Source: Octopus vulgaris
Lineage: Eukaryota
Assembly (NCBI GenBank): GCA_951406725.2
Contig: OX597817.1
Location: 38,564,001 to 38,628,000, forward strand
Length of the DNA stretch: 64,000 bases
Direction of reading: 5' to 3'
This document shows, piece by piece, positions 1 to 12,470 of this stretch. The position numbers and the translations under genes were made by a program. How positions within the stretch are numbered: position 1 is the stretch's first letter; each line of letters begins with the position of its first letter. Below the pieces are notes generated by a model, which worked only from the letters and a program-made list of their open reading frames with translations, was not told where the DNA came from and searched no databases.

Positions 1-2458
1 GACAGATGCTGATGGGTATCCATCATACAGACGGAGAAAACCAGAAGATGGTGGTTTAACAGCAACTGTTGGACAGTATGAGTTTGATAATCGATGGATT
101 GTTCCCTACTGCCCACTCCTGTCAAAGACTTTCAATGCCCACATCAACGTTGATTGTTGCAAAGTCCATAATGTACATTTGTAAGTATGTGAACAAGGGT
201 TCTGATGCTGCAATGTTTGGACTTCAACTAGAATACTGCCAGGATCAGGTGACGCACTATCAGGTGGGATGGTACATAAGTAGCAACGAGGCTTTCCGGC
301 GCATCTTTGGCATTCTACTTTAACAACAACACCCCCGCCATTCAACAGCTTGCAGTGCACCTGGAAAAGGTCAAAGGGTGTACTTCACCAATGCTAATGC
401 TTCTCTGTTGGCAGAGGAACTAAAGGAGAGCACACTCACTGCATTCTTCAAGCTTTGTCAAGTTGATCCATTCACTCAAACCTTGCTGTATCCACAGATT
501 CCATTGTACTACACTTGGAATGGAAAAAAATGGGCCCCAAGGAAAGCAGATAAAAATGTTCATGGATACCCTGACATTAAGTTTGACATTTGCCTTGGGC
601 GAGTATACACAGTGCATCCCACTCAACAAGAGTGCTTCTAGCTTCATCTACTACTACATGAGGTCAGAGGGCCAACGTGTTTCCAAGCCCTAAAAACCGT
701 TCATAGACATGTCTGCACAACATACAGAGAAGCCTGCTCTCGACAAGGACTGTTAGAAGATGATGCACAATGGGATGCAACCTTGGGAGAGGCTGCTGTG
801 TCGGAATCACTTAAAAGTCTCAGGGGACTATTTGCAGTATTACTACAGATCTGCAAACTGTGTGATCCTGCCTCTCTATTGTTCAAATACAGAAACAACC
901 TGGCTGAAGCGGCAAGCTCAACTGCTCTATCCTGACATGGAGGGTATCAGCAATGAAGTCTACAACAAAACTCTCATTGACATTAATGACAGAATTGCTA
1001 CACTGGGTGGAAATGAATTGTCCACATATGGCCTGCCACAAACTTTCAGGTCAGGGTCAAATAGCCTTCCCACTGCTGCCATTCATGAAACATCCTATGA
1101 CACCCAATTGCTTTCAAAGTACATTGTTGAAAACGAGCCAAAATTACTTTGAGAGCAGCTGCAGGCCTACAGAAATATTCTTAACAGTGTACACCAATGC
1201 AAGGGACAAATCTTCTTGCTGTATGCTCCAGGAGTGACAGGAAAACATTTATTACAAAGCTTCTCCTTGCAGAAGTTAGGCAGCACCAGGATATTGTGGT
1301 GGCTGTGGCTTCCTCTAGGATTGCAGCTACTTTGTTACCCGGTGGCAGGACAGCACACTAGACTTTTAAACTCCCTCTCAATTTAGCAGCATCTGAGATG
1401 CCTTCATGCAACATCAACAAAAGCTCAGATCAGGGGCAGGTACTTAAAAGGTGTCATCTAATCGTGTGGGATGAGTACACCATGGCTCACAAGGGAGCTT
1501 TGGAAGCATTAGATAGAGCCCTGAAAGACATCCAAGACTGTCAGGCTCCAATGGGAGGTGTAACGCTTCTGTTGTCAGGTTATTTCAGGCAAATGAGGTC
1601 CAAGCATGCCTAAAGTCCTCTGCCCTGTGGCATCATGTTACAATCCTCAGTTTTACCACTAACATGAGAGCTCAGCTACACAGCAACCAAATGTCCACAA
1701 AGTTTGCTCAGGACATTTTGACACTTGGTGATGGCAAGGTGCCCTTTGACACTGCAGGAGAAATGGAAGTGTGGCCATTTTCCACAGTTGTTAATTCTGT
1801 AGATGAGCTCAAACACAAAGTCTTTCCCAACTTCACAGGAAACTACCAAAATCACAATTAGCTCCAAAAAATGTCACTGTTACAAAAATAAATCAACAGC
1901 TAATGCATTCTCTTCCCAGCACTCTTCACACTTACAAGTCTGTTGATAAAATTCCAGATAAAAAGGAAGTGGTGAACTATCCTCATGAATTTCTCAATTT
2001 GTTGGAGCCTCCTGGACTACCTCCCCACATATTAGCACTTAAAGTTGGAAATCCTGTAATGCTACTCCACAATCTGGAACCGCTAAGACTTTGCAATGGA
2101 GCACGACTGGTGATAAAGAAAATGATGTCACAGGTTATCATGGCTATCATTTTTTCTGGATGTGGAAAAAGTAATGTATGAGGTGGGGAAATGAGAAAAA
2201 TTAATTCCAAGAATTCCTCTTAGTCCATCAGGAGCAGAAATTCAGAAGCCTGCAATTCCCCCTTCATGTCAGTTTGCCATGTCCATTAACAAATCACAGG
2301 GTCAAACCCTCTCTGTACTTGGTCTTATTTTGGAAGTGCCCTGCTTCTCGCATGGACAACTGTATATTGGCTACTCAAGAGTGGGAAGGAAAAGAAACCT
2401 CTTTGCATATGTTCCACAAGGAAAAACAAGGAACATTGTTTACAATGAGGTGTTATAA
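1..2458 (+). pseudogene. Decayed Helitron Rep/Helicase ORF (end of Rep region plus PIF1-family helicase), cut by the window edge, with many stops and frameshifts
   Basis: Fragments across frames in the canonical Helitron order: YICKYVNKGSD, YISSNEAFRRIFG, LAVHLE, STLTAFFKLC, LGRVYTVHP, TYREAC..GLLEDD, APGVTGK (Walker A), VAVASS.IAATLLPGGRTAH, LIVWDEYTM (Walker B), GGVTLLLSGYFRQ, GLPPHILALKVGNPVMLLHNL..LCNGARL, INKSQGQTL, FSHGQLY..YSRV, TRNIVYNEVL* (stop 2456-2458). Confidence 0.95.
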
Positions 2459-2566
2459 TCACAACAGCCAGGAAGTATGTACATGATCACTTTTTTTTTT
2501 TTAACCAAACATATATATATATATATATAAATGGAGTTAAACGCAGGTGTTATTCAAATTCTTTTA

Positions 2567-2644
2567 CTCCCGACATATGTTTTGAAGACAACATTGGCAT
2601 TATTCCAAAAGGAATAAAACAATGTAATCTTCTCATCAGAGAAA
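2567..2644 (-). ncRNA. Type I hammerhead ribozyme motif (probably inactivated) in the PLE 3' region
   Basis: Reverse complement: tttct CTGATGA gaaga..long hairpin..tcttc AAAAC atat GTC gggag. Core CUGAUGA, extended stem II, stem III AC-atat-GU, GUC cleavage triplet. GAAA appears as AAAA, consistent with CpG decay. Confidence 0.7.
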
Positions 2645-2648
2645 GAAG

Positions 2649-2727
2649 GAAAGAAACCAAACTCATCAATAAGATATTTTAACAGAATTCTGTTAAAATG
2701 TCTTATTGATGAGTTTTGGTTTCTTTC
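2649..2727. repeat. 79-bp near-perfect palindrome centred on GAATTC
   Basis: gaaagaaaccaaactcatcaataagatattttaacag-aatt-ctgttaaaatgtcttattgatgagttttggtttctttc, with 1 mismatch and 1 indel. Confidence 0.95.
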
Positions 2728-3179
2728 TGATACTTGGTTCAGCAGGTTTTATAACGTGCTTGTGTCTCCAAGCAATCCTCGAGCTCTGAGCTCATAGTGC
2801 TATTTGAAAATCAGGATACTGTTAAACGAGAAACTGCGAGAAGGCTGATGCAAAAAGTAGATTGAGAAGGGAACCATGTAAAGAAAGGAAATTAGAGTTA
2901 CGTCCCCTTTGACAACAGAAGTCATTAAACTAGTTGTGGAAGAATTCGATGGGATAGGGTCCAAAATCTGCGAGGGGGCCGCTCAATGTGGAAAGGTTGG
3001 TTTCCTCCAGTTCGCTAAAAGGAATTTGCCCATATGCTTACATTTGCTGAGAATTTCGGATCTAGAAGCAAGTAGCGTGATGGTATTCCTGGATCAAGGA
3101 AGAATGGGCTACCTTTCAGCTACGCATTAGTTGCATTTTTTACGTGAAGTTTGAAAACCAACTGCATACCACATGTGTG

Positions 3180-3355
3180 TGTGGCTGGCTGTGTGATAAG
3201 AAGTTCGCTTCCCAGCCACATGATCCCTGGTTTAGTCCTATTTATAGTCTTGTGAGTGGATTTGGTAGACGGAAGCTGAAAGAAGCTCGTATGTTTGTTT
3301 TTGCGTTTGTGTCTGTCCCCCAGCACTGCTTGACGACTAGTGGTAGTGTGTTTCT
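3180..3355 (+). mobile_element. Internally deleted SINE family B copy
   Basis: gtggctgtgtg..aagaagt..cacatg..gtgagtggatttggtagacggaagctgaaagaagc, similar to 42745-43145. Confidence 0.75.
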
Positions 3356-3959
3356 GTTCGAACAACTTCTGTCATGAAAGGCTCGTTAGCCCCGACCAAT
3401 CTGTCATTTTTATTAACGATTTACAACTACTACCATTTTCCAATTTATTTTTGACGAAAATTTTTAAACTGTAGGAGCTTGATTTAAGGGATTCGGCTGC
3501 TATTTCTAGCATATTGGGCGATCACGTAAAGTCTCTTGGCTTAATGATTGTTTTTACTATGGTGCGAGCTTTCTCACTAACAAGCAATATTTTTTAATAT
3601 ATTTTATAAACGTGTGGAGGCGGTGTAGTGACGAAATGGGGACGCGACACCGACTGAACACAGTACAGCAATTTACCGGTCACTTAGCGTTTTTCGTTCG
3701 AACTTCACCCAGAAATGATTTTGTCTTTTGTCTCTCCGCGTTCGATAAAGAAATTCTGTTTAGATATGGGAGGTGGGAGTGGTATGTTCGATTCTATTTA
3801 CTATACACGCCACACACTCCCAGCCACCAGCGGAATAAATCAATATTTTAAAAATGTGTCAAAGACATATAATCATTAAAAGGTATTTCCAATATTCTCT
3901 CTCTCATGTCTCTCTTCCTTCTTCATACACATTTTATCTTTTTCTGTCTCACTCCCGCA

Positions 3960-4001
<42 letters not shown>

Positions 4002-4134
4002 ATACGCACGCGCGCACCTATATTAAGTAAATGTGTTGTGTTTAATATTTCGTAAATATCTTAGACAACTGTTACTACTACTACTACTTCCCCTACTATC
4101 ATTACCAACATTACTACAACGTATCAATACAGGC

Positions 4135-4197
4135 TGTATGGTCTTTCGACCTGTTAGAAATAATAGTAGCCAAAGTCCAGTCTCTCATATCACTGAA

Positions 4198-4230
<33 letters not shown>

Positions 4231-4630
4231 GAGGACAAGGGCACAATAGCAGTATTGATTCCATTCCCCACCACCATAATTAGTACTATTATACAAACTA
4301 CAAAATCACTACTACTGCCGCTACCACCCACGCACTAACAGCACCATAAGTCTAGTACGTGCGAGATAACGACAGAGCCTCTTACCTGGTCACTGAACCT
4401 GGTATAAAAAAGCAGTTAAATCTCCCGCAAATTACACACCCTGTCGTCTTAAAACTAACTCGCTGGATTGATTGTGTGGTTGCTGGGTTCCCCGCACATA
4501 AGGGAAAAAAAGAAAAGACACGATGCTTGCGATTGGAATATCCTTCATCATTGGTGTTCCATCAGTGTTGACCTAGGGTTAAATAAGTACTACTATTTGG
4601 TCGTTCGACCTGCTAGAAATAGCAGCCTAA
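4135..4630 (+). repeat. Cluster of family E repeat fragments
   Basis: Repeated ttcgacctg(c/t)tagaaata..agcc head and a gacctagggttaaa tail. Confidence 0.6.
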
Positions 4631-5318
4631 CTGTCATCACACATTATTACATAATGTGGTCCTATAGTAGGAGGAATTACAACCGTGTTTCGTGGTCTGC
4701 TACCACAACAGCCCCTTTATATGTGGTCCTATAGTAGATATGTATAGTGTTTGTATAGAAGACGAGAGGTTCGAGACCTTAACGCTTTTGATCATCGGCC
4801 TGCTTGATTAGAGGCTAAACAAACGACACCATTTACTAATAATATAACCGTAACGATAATCATCATCAGCAATACTACTACGTAAATCACTAACTACTAC
4901 CACCTACACTAAAAATACCACGACCATCAGTAAAAAAAAAAAAAAAAGACAATACCACCACCACCACCACCACCACCACTGCTGCCGCCACTTTCAGTGT
5001 TACGTACCAAACGCGGCTGTTGAAACAGCTATTTTATTGGGTTGTTATTGTTGTTATCAGCCATTGTTTCTCTTTTTATTAATAACGTTTCATCAATGAA
5101 CGAAAACAACAACAGTGTGTGTGTGTGCGTGTGCGGAGTTCAAGAGCTATAAGGAGGAGGAGGAAGAGGAAGGTGGCACGAGACCGTCTATTATTATGCG
5201 CCTACTTATATTTTCCCCTCTCCTCTTTCTCTCTCTCTCTCTCTCTAACGCCACCATCCGTTCATTCATAAAATGAAAAGTATAAAGTAGAACAAAAACA
5301 AGAAAAAGAATATCTCAC

Positions 5319-5350
5319 CTCCAATATCGATAAAGTTGATCAAATGACAT
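5319..5350 (-). CDS. Candidate short first coding exon MSFDQLYRYW(R/S), phase-2 donor
   Basis: caacATG start context, open frame, ends GAG|GTGAGA. Lies in a CpG-retaining region. No homology support. Confidence 0.35.
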
Positions 5351-5499
5351 GTTGCTTGCTGCCCACACTTTCTACTCCGCCACCTCCACCTAGTTTTTCA
5401 CTCACTCTATCCCTCCTCTCCTCTTTCTCCATGTCTCCCACCATGCATACACACTGCCCCCTCCCTCATACACACACACACGCCATACACATGTGTCTG

Positions 5500-5551
5500 T
5501 GTATGTGTGTTCGTGAGTGTGCAGACGTGTACCGGAAGTCATCAGGTGAGT
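5500..5551 (+). promoter_or_regulatory. Candidate promoter or non-coding first exon: ETS motif plus splice donor
   Basis: ACCGGAAGT at 5531-5539 and consensus CAG|GTGAGT at 5543-5551 in CpG-rich, repeat-poor sequence. Confidence 0.35.
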
Positions 5552-6300
5552 GGAAGATAACGGATTATGAATTGAAACTAACGAATTCTGCTTTCGTATA
5601 CTATATTTTGTGTTCAACACATTTTAGAGACTCTTGTATTATAAAGTGTTTCGGAATAAAGACTGGAGGATTTTATTTTGCATCATTTCAAAATTAGAAA
5701 TTAAATTTTAATAGTTTTCTACATTTTTTCTATCATTTTTGCTTAGTCAAGTTAAAAGTTGTCATTTATTTGTCTTTTTTTCACAACTGTAAGGATTCAA
5801 ACAAATGTTTCTTTGACGGTTGTGAAAGCCAAGAAAAGCTATATTCATGCACGGCTTTATGGTTAGGAAGTTCTATTTACAACCACATGGTTCCAGGTTC
5901 AATTTGAATTCAGAACATAAACAGCCCTCTATATTCTGTATCATATCCACATGGCTTTTTGTCAGTGATATACATTTGTGGGTTTAGTATGATGAGGATT
6001 GAACGAAAGTACGTTTTTTATAGTGTCTATATAAAACGTACTCTTTCAGCTAAGAGACGTGGATACGAGACGATACTATGTACACGCCTTTTGAATCTAT
6101 TGTGTGGATGTATGAACATTTGTTTTGTGTGTGCTTGAAGTAAAATAAACAAGATTAAAAATTGAAGCAAAGGTTCCTTCCAAACTATCTTTTTGGTTGA
6201 CTGTATACATCAGTTGATTGAGGAAAGAAGTACAAACACTCATATACACACGTGAAAGAGACCGACAGACGGATAGAGATGAATAGATATTACATAGTCA

Positions 6301-6346
6301 CATTACAACGTGGAGTTTCGCCATTGCATGACTCGTCAGATAAATG
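6301..6346 (-). ncRNA. Hammerhead-ribozyme-like motif
   Basis: Reverse complement: catttat CTGACGA gtcat-gca-atggc GAAAC tccac GTT gtaatg. Intact core and 5-bp stem II, with short stem III and bulged stem I. Confidence 0.5.
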
Positions 6347-7254
6347 TGGAGTAGGTTTTGTAGTTCCACCCGTATAGATAGATAGATATTATAATTTATT
6401 ATTTAAATGTATCTTTCTACAGATAAGATTTTAAACAGTTTTTAAAAAGAAATGAAAAATTCTTGTGTCATGATATTACAGGATACAGTTGGTGGGATGC
6501 CATTACGCTAGGAAAGTATTTTCTCATATTAGAGAAGGAAGAAAATAGCTTCGTATATTTATTCAGTGTTTTACAGTATGATGTTATAAAATGTGAGAGT
6601 TTCTCATATACTACAGAATGAGTTAAGTGTATATGGTGCTGCTTCGACTAAAATGCATCATCTAATATTGAAGAGTAAATCATTTTTTTTTTACTTCCAG
6701 AAACCAGTTATGTATCGCTTAGCTTAAATCGAATCATTTTTCATAATGTTCTAAAGGAATAACTTTACTGATAGTCGCTAATCTTAAATTTATTTACTGT
6801 TAATCCTATATAATCTGTCTATACCATTTGGATTAATTAGTTGTGATGGGCTGTTGCATAGATAATGCATTTTGTAAACAATTACCATTGACTAGACATG
6901 CGTTTTGTGAATGGAAATTGCAATTTGGGGTATTCATATTGTTTTGGTTCTGGTATTTTTACTATTAACGAATGAAGGTAACACTCCCTCCATCTCTCTT
7001 ATTCTCACATCACACTTAGCCTTTCTATTTCCATTCCAGCTCTTTCGGTGCTCTTTCTTACTTCCTTTTGCTATTTTACTTTCTCTTTCCATGTCTCATA
7101 AGTTTAGAAGGAATGCCGAGAGAGAAGTCTTTGGTGTAGGAGACGGCGTTAGGTATGAGTTTTAGGGAAAGTGATGGTTGATGTAAGGAAAGGCTGGCGG
7201 TGTTGTATAGATTAAGCTTTCATTTCCGAGTTTTCCATGCACACACACTGCAGC

Positions 7255-7973
7255 TTACGTTCTGAGTTCAAATTCCGTCGAGGTTGACTTTGCCTTTCAT
7301 CCTTTCGGGGTCGATAAATTAAATACAAGTGAAACATTGTGGTCAACTAGTCCCCTCCCCCCAAATTTCAGGCCTTGTGCCTATAGAAGAAAGGATTATT
7401 ATTAAGTTCAAATTCCGCCGAGGTCGACTTTGCCTTTCATCCTTTCGGGGTTGATTAAGTACCAGTTACGCACTGGAGTCGATGTAATCGACTAGTACGC
7501 TCCCCACAAATTTGAGGCCTTGTGCCTCCAGCTGAAAGGATTATTATTATTATTATTATTATTATTCAAGTGGCGAGCTAGCAGAATCATTAGCACTCTG
7601 GACGAAATGCTTAGCGGTATTTCTCCTGTCGCTAACGATCTGAGTTCGATTTTACCTTTCATCCTTTCAGAGTCGATAAATTAAGTACTAGTGAAACACT
7701 AAGGTCGATGTAATCGACTTAAGCCCTCCCTCAAAATTTCAGGCCTTGTGCCTAGAGCAGAAGGGATTGTTATTGTTGTTGCTGGCAGAATCGTTAGCAC
7801 GTCGGGCAAAACGGCGGCATTTCATCTGCCTTTACGTTCTGCGTTTTCCTATCATCCTTTCGGGGTCGATAAAATAAGTACCAGTTGAGCACGGGGGTCG
7901 GCGTAATCGACTTACCCCCCTCTTCCAAAATTGCTGGCCTTGTGCCAAAATTTGAACTCATTATTATTATTAT
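7255..7973 (+). mobile_element. Four head-to-tail tRNA-derived SINE family A copies with (TTA)n-type tails
   Basis: Repeated gagttcaaattccgccgaggtcgactttgcctttcatcctttcggggtcgataaa..ggccttgtgcc at about 7255, 7404, 7568 and 7781. A-box-like agctggcagaatcg and B-box gagttcaaatt. Confidence 0.9.
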
Positions 7974-9364
7974 AAGTAGTAGTAACAGTAGTAGATTTTT
8001 TTAATTAATTAGATATACCTTTCTCGCATGCAACACTGGTACCAAATATAAAAATTACGATGGAAAAAAAAAAGCCCCTCACTCATACTATACAATTGCT
8101 TTTTACTGCTATCACAACTACCATGAATGCGCCCCGCTTCCCCACTTCCACTACTACACCACGACCTGAATTGCCAAACACCGCATACTACTACTATCAC
8201 CACCATCACCACCATCACCACCTTATCATCATCATCCTCACCTGAACTAAGTCAATCACTAATACTAACCTATTTACGAATAGCTCCATAACACTATCTG
8301 TTACTCCTCCTCTTCCTCCTCCGTTCCGCTACTTCTCATCATCACCACCATCGCTTCGTGAATAGCTAACGCCCCCTATAACACCCACCCCAAGCATCTA
8401 TATCAACGTCATAATCATTGTTATAATGATTATGAATGGATAATAATAATAATAATAATAACTGAATAAACCGATTGATTTATTACCCACCTTTCACACA
8501 CACAAACAACCCACATCATTCATTCTTTGACCCATCATCCCGCCACCATCATCACCACCATTACCCTCACCCTCACCCCTCTCCATCTACCCAGATCGTC
8601 ATTAACAGCTGGGAGTAGTTTTCCTTCGCTCCAAATAATTTCCATTTCATTCATGAAAGGAAAATGTGTGTAACGCATATGTGTGGTGTAGTCCGCCATT
8701 CATGTCAGAATTTGCTTTCATTGGTGTCTGTATTTGTGGGGGAGAGAGCGGAGGGGGGAAAACTATTGGCTCTTCGTATCGTACGATAAACAGTTGCGTG
8801 GGCGTTATCTATACACTTAGACATACGCACATATATACATACATACATATATATATGTGTGTGTGTATGCATCTATATATAGAGAGAGAGATAGATGCAT
8901 ACACACACACACATATATATCTATACATATATGTGTTTACATGTGTATATATATATATATATAATATATATACATGTATACATACATATATATAGATACA
9001 TGCATACACACAAATATAATATATACATGCATACATATATATATATATATATTAATGCACATGTATAAGTATATATGCATACATACATACACACACACTT
9101 ACATACATGTGTACACACAAGATTGCGTGAAAGCATTCTGCGAGGTTATGGTATACAAGGTCCTTTTTTATGAAGAGTGGGGAAATGTAGACATTGGACT
9201 CTATCTACTAATCTGATATTATTAATCAATTATTCATGGATGTTGTTATTATTGTTAACTAGGCGAAAATCCAATTTTAGAGGCCAAGAGTCAATATAAC
9301 CCCCACATTTTACTAACAAAATCTGTTACGGTCGAACGCTATGCACTTCATATATATATGATTG

Positions 9365-9540
9365 ACCGCTAGCTACTAAACCTTTTTTATTTTCTCTCTG
9401 CTTATTTCTGTGTTCCTTTCTGTCGAAGAGCGTAGGCTCGAAACATAAAAGACTTTCTCATTTCCCGAGCGTTAAACTAATACAGCTGTTTGTTGTTTAC
9501 ACACCTGTCTTCGTCTTTTGTTTGTTTTTTTTTTTTGTCT
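9365..9540 (+). mobile_element. Short PLE-like non-autonomous element with a minimal hammerhead-like motif (9416-9451)
   Basis: cttt CTGTCGA a gagc-gtag-gctc GAAAC ATA aaag. Homologous to 39792-39965 and 43628-43770. Confidence 0.6.
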
Positions 9541-11544
9541 CTTTTCAGTGGGGAAGATGAGGTTGTATTCAAAGACTACATTGTCCAATGGGTCCTTCAT
9601 TCAGACGATATGGTGTGAGTTACAATGGGAAATTTGACTACCATTTCTAGCTGGTCGAGTGACCTCGTAGAGTCTCCCGTTTTGACTCGCGTCCTTCTTT
9701 TTTAAGATAGTCATGAAGATTTGGCAGTCAAGCGAGCACATAGAAAGGCTCCCTCGTTCTTTCGCTCAAAGTATTGCTTGTTATATATGTAGGAAATATT
9801 AAATATTTCCGAGAAATTGTTTAAACAGTTGTCGTTTTTTATTTTTATAATTTAGTTTTGAAAGTATTTTTCTTTTTTTTTTTATTTTATTTTCTATATA
9901 TTTCCAGTTAGGACTTTCATAAAAGATTTTGGGTCGAAAATGTGGAAATATCACACACATACACAACTCCAAAGAGGATGTCCTTCGATGATAGACAATG
10001 CTACTGTTTTGGAGTGGTAAAATTGGATGAGATCCAGATACTTTCCAAACCAGTGATCATTTCGTTTTATTTAAAATCCGTAGAATATTGTAAATCGTAG
10101 GAAATTTGACTCATTGCGTTGTGAGTTTAAAATTTGTTGAAGTCGAGTTAATTTTATATTCCATGAGAACCAATGAAAAGGAGAAAAAAGAAAATATGCG
10201 AGTCGATTTAATTGACTCTATCTCCTCCGCTTCATTTTGTTGCAAGCATTCGGGAGTCAGGTCTGCTTCCCACCAATCATGGTAGCCCTAAAAAGGAAAG
10301 TTAAAGGTGCTTATTCTTTTACACTTAACTAATTAGCAAAAACAATCTACGCTTCTCCAGGTTAGCGTTGGAGGATGTATAGTCAACTGAATTAGACCAG
10401 TGTATTTATTACTTAGCAATGCATGAACACTTGCATCATGGTGTATATAATACAAAGTAACATTAAGCCTTTGGTTCGTATAACACACCAAATATTCGTT
10501 TTCGGGAACAGAAAATGACATTTATGTACTGGTTTAAAGATCAGTTGTGAATGTCAGGTGTGAGTGTCATCTTAAAGTCTGTGAGAAAGAGAGTATCTAT
10601 GGCTATAAGCTTCATTCATGTACGACCTGAAGTTATGGTATTCTGATCATAAATTAAATTTGTTACAATAATCATTTGGAGCAATTGATTATGTTTCTCA
10701 ATGTCTACATAAAGAAATTTTGGATAGCTATTGATTCGAATTCTCGAAATCCATTTGATTGATGGCAAAATTTGCAAAACTTTCCGAATGTTGACTGGAG
10801 TTAGGATTCTTTAAAATATTCACTAGAAAGAAAAAATAAAGAACTAGACCAAAATATATGTATTTTTTTAAATCGAAACTGAATGTAACAACTGAACAAG
10901 TATTTTGGGTGAGGTAGATCGATAGGTTTTTAGTCATTGAAGAAAATGCGAGGTAATAATAATCGTATTTGCAAACCTTGACCGATTTTCAAAGAGTAGA
11001 TCCAGTTTTATTGTGAATGTACCGTGAAAGAAATCACTTTGCTATATATAATTTCTTCAATAGGAATTATAGACGTATCAAATATGGATTGTTTACATTC
11101 TTGTGTGTACAAATTTAATAGTTTCTTTTTAATAGATTCCTGGAAGTCACTATTCTTGGAAGAAAGGCACATTTGTACACTTATGTGTCTGTGCGTATTG
11201 TAATATTGCCGTTTATTTATTGTTAACGTATTTTTATGGAATTATTATTGTAATAAATGCTATAAAAATGTAATATATAGCCGTAAAATATATACACTCC
11301 ATGAGGTGTGTTAAAGTAAGGTCATCGTGAAGTATTCACAATACCTGAATGGATAGTATGAATGCACAAGTCATCTTCATGAAATATACGCAGTTCAAAA
11401 GATGTACGACATTGCCATGAGATGTACAGGTCAGCTATGTAACACTGCGGTTGTTGTCGTTTAAGCTCACTTCTGATTGGAAGGACCTATGCTCAAAGGC
11501 ATACCAGTGACACTGGAGTATATACGAAGCCCACTATACCCATC

Positions 11545-12032
11545 ATGACAACCCGTCTGGTGAGGGTACAACAGGCACATGTTTCACAACCGTATGTGCA
11601 TGACATGATCATCTCATACCAAAAATAAACAGCACATGACCTTGCACGTGGGGGCCTAGTTAGAATTTTCTTCGGGTCAAGTAGCCCATTCCGCTCAAAA
11701 GGTCCCTGAATAAGGTTTGTTTAAGGATAATGACCGAAACACCCATGTTTCCAGACGTGAATTATTGAAACCCCAAAGAATTCCTTTCAACACACGGTTA
11801 TGATGCTCCCCTCCTACTTCTGCTCGTGATCAGAGATGCACATATGGTCAGCCACTAAGGGACATGCTCAACTAGTTATGGTCAAGCAAATGACAAGCGA
11901 ATCTGTGGTATTGAGCAGAACATTTGCTGTAGCCCATCTTTTATATAAGGAGAAAACATGTACATGGTAACACTTCCACTCAGTTAAGATCAGAAGCCAT
12001 GACAGCCACTGCCTGGTACTGCATCAGGGCAT
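11545..12032. repeat. Probable interspersed repeat (LINE UTR-like), unclassified
   Basis: A ~490-bp complex, higher-GC block with sharp edges, wedged between a family E fragment and a SINE, with no ORF. Single copy in this window. Confidence 0.35.
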
Positions 12033-12060
12033 CACCATCATTATTATTATTATTATTATT

Positions 12061-12470
12061 AAGGCGGTGAGCTGGCAGAATCGTTTGCCGGAGAAAAGGC
12101 TTATTGACATTTCGTTCGTCTTTATATTCTGAGTTCAAATTCCGCCGAGGTTTGCTTTATCTTTCATCATTTTGGAGTCGATAAAATAAGTTCTAGTTGA
12201 GTCCTAGGGTCGATGTAATCGATTAGCTCCTACCCCCAAATTATTATTATTATTATTCCAGCGTCGTTAGCACACTGGACAAAAATGCTTAGCGGTATTT
12301 CGCCCGTCGTTCCGTTTTGAGTTCAAATTCCGTCGAGGTCGACTTTGCCTTTCATCCTTTCGCGGTCGATAAAATAAATACCAGTTGAAGACTGGAGTCG
12401 ATGTAATCGACTCATCTCCTCCCCCCAAATTGCTGCCTTTGTGGCAAAATCATCATTATTATTATTATTA
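12061..12470 (+). mobile_element. Two tandem SINE family A copies
   Basis: aaggcggtgagctggcagaatcg head, shared core, separated and flanked by (TTA)n. Confidence 0.9.

Larger units (their letters stand above)
2530..3150 (-). mobile_element. 5'-truncated Penelope-like retroelement (end of GIY-YIG ORF plus 3' pLTR region)
   Basis: Minus-strand reading from 3150: SRKKCN*CVAER*PIL..ITLLASRSEILSKCKHMGKFLLANW, matching the PLE C-terminal pattern C..C..E..I..LL..RSE..SKC.H..KFLL. Followed by a hammerhead motif, and the 3' end abuts (TA)n. Confidence 0.8.

Noticed and set aside
69-2486. Helitron ORF pieces as a functional host PIF1 gene
   Set aside because: Numerous stops and frameshifts, no intron structure, and Helitron Rep-side motifs upstream.
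7255-7973. CRISPR-like or prokaryotic repeat array
   Set aside because: The units are 150-210-bp SINEs with no unique spacers, in a eukaryotic context with no cas genes.
8666-9216. ORFs rich in Y/I/C/V/H/T (also at 14.5, 27.7, 30.6, 46.3, 58.8 and 61.1 kb)
   Set aside because: They are translations of (TA)n, (CA)n and (TATG)n microsatellites.
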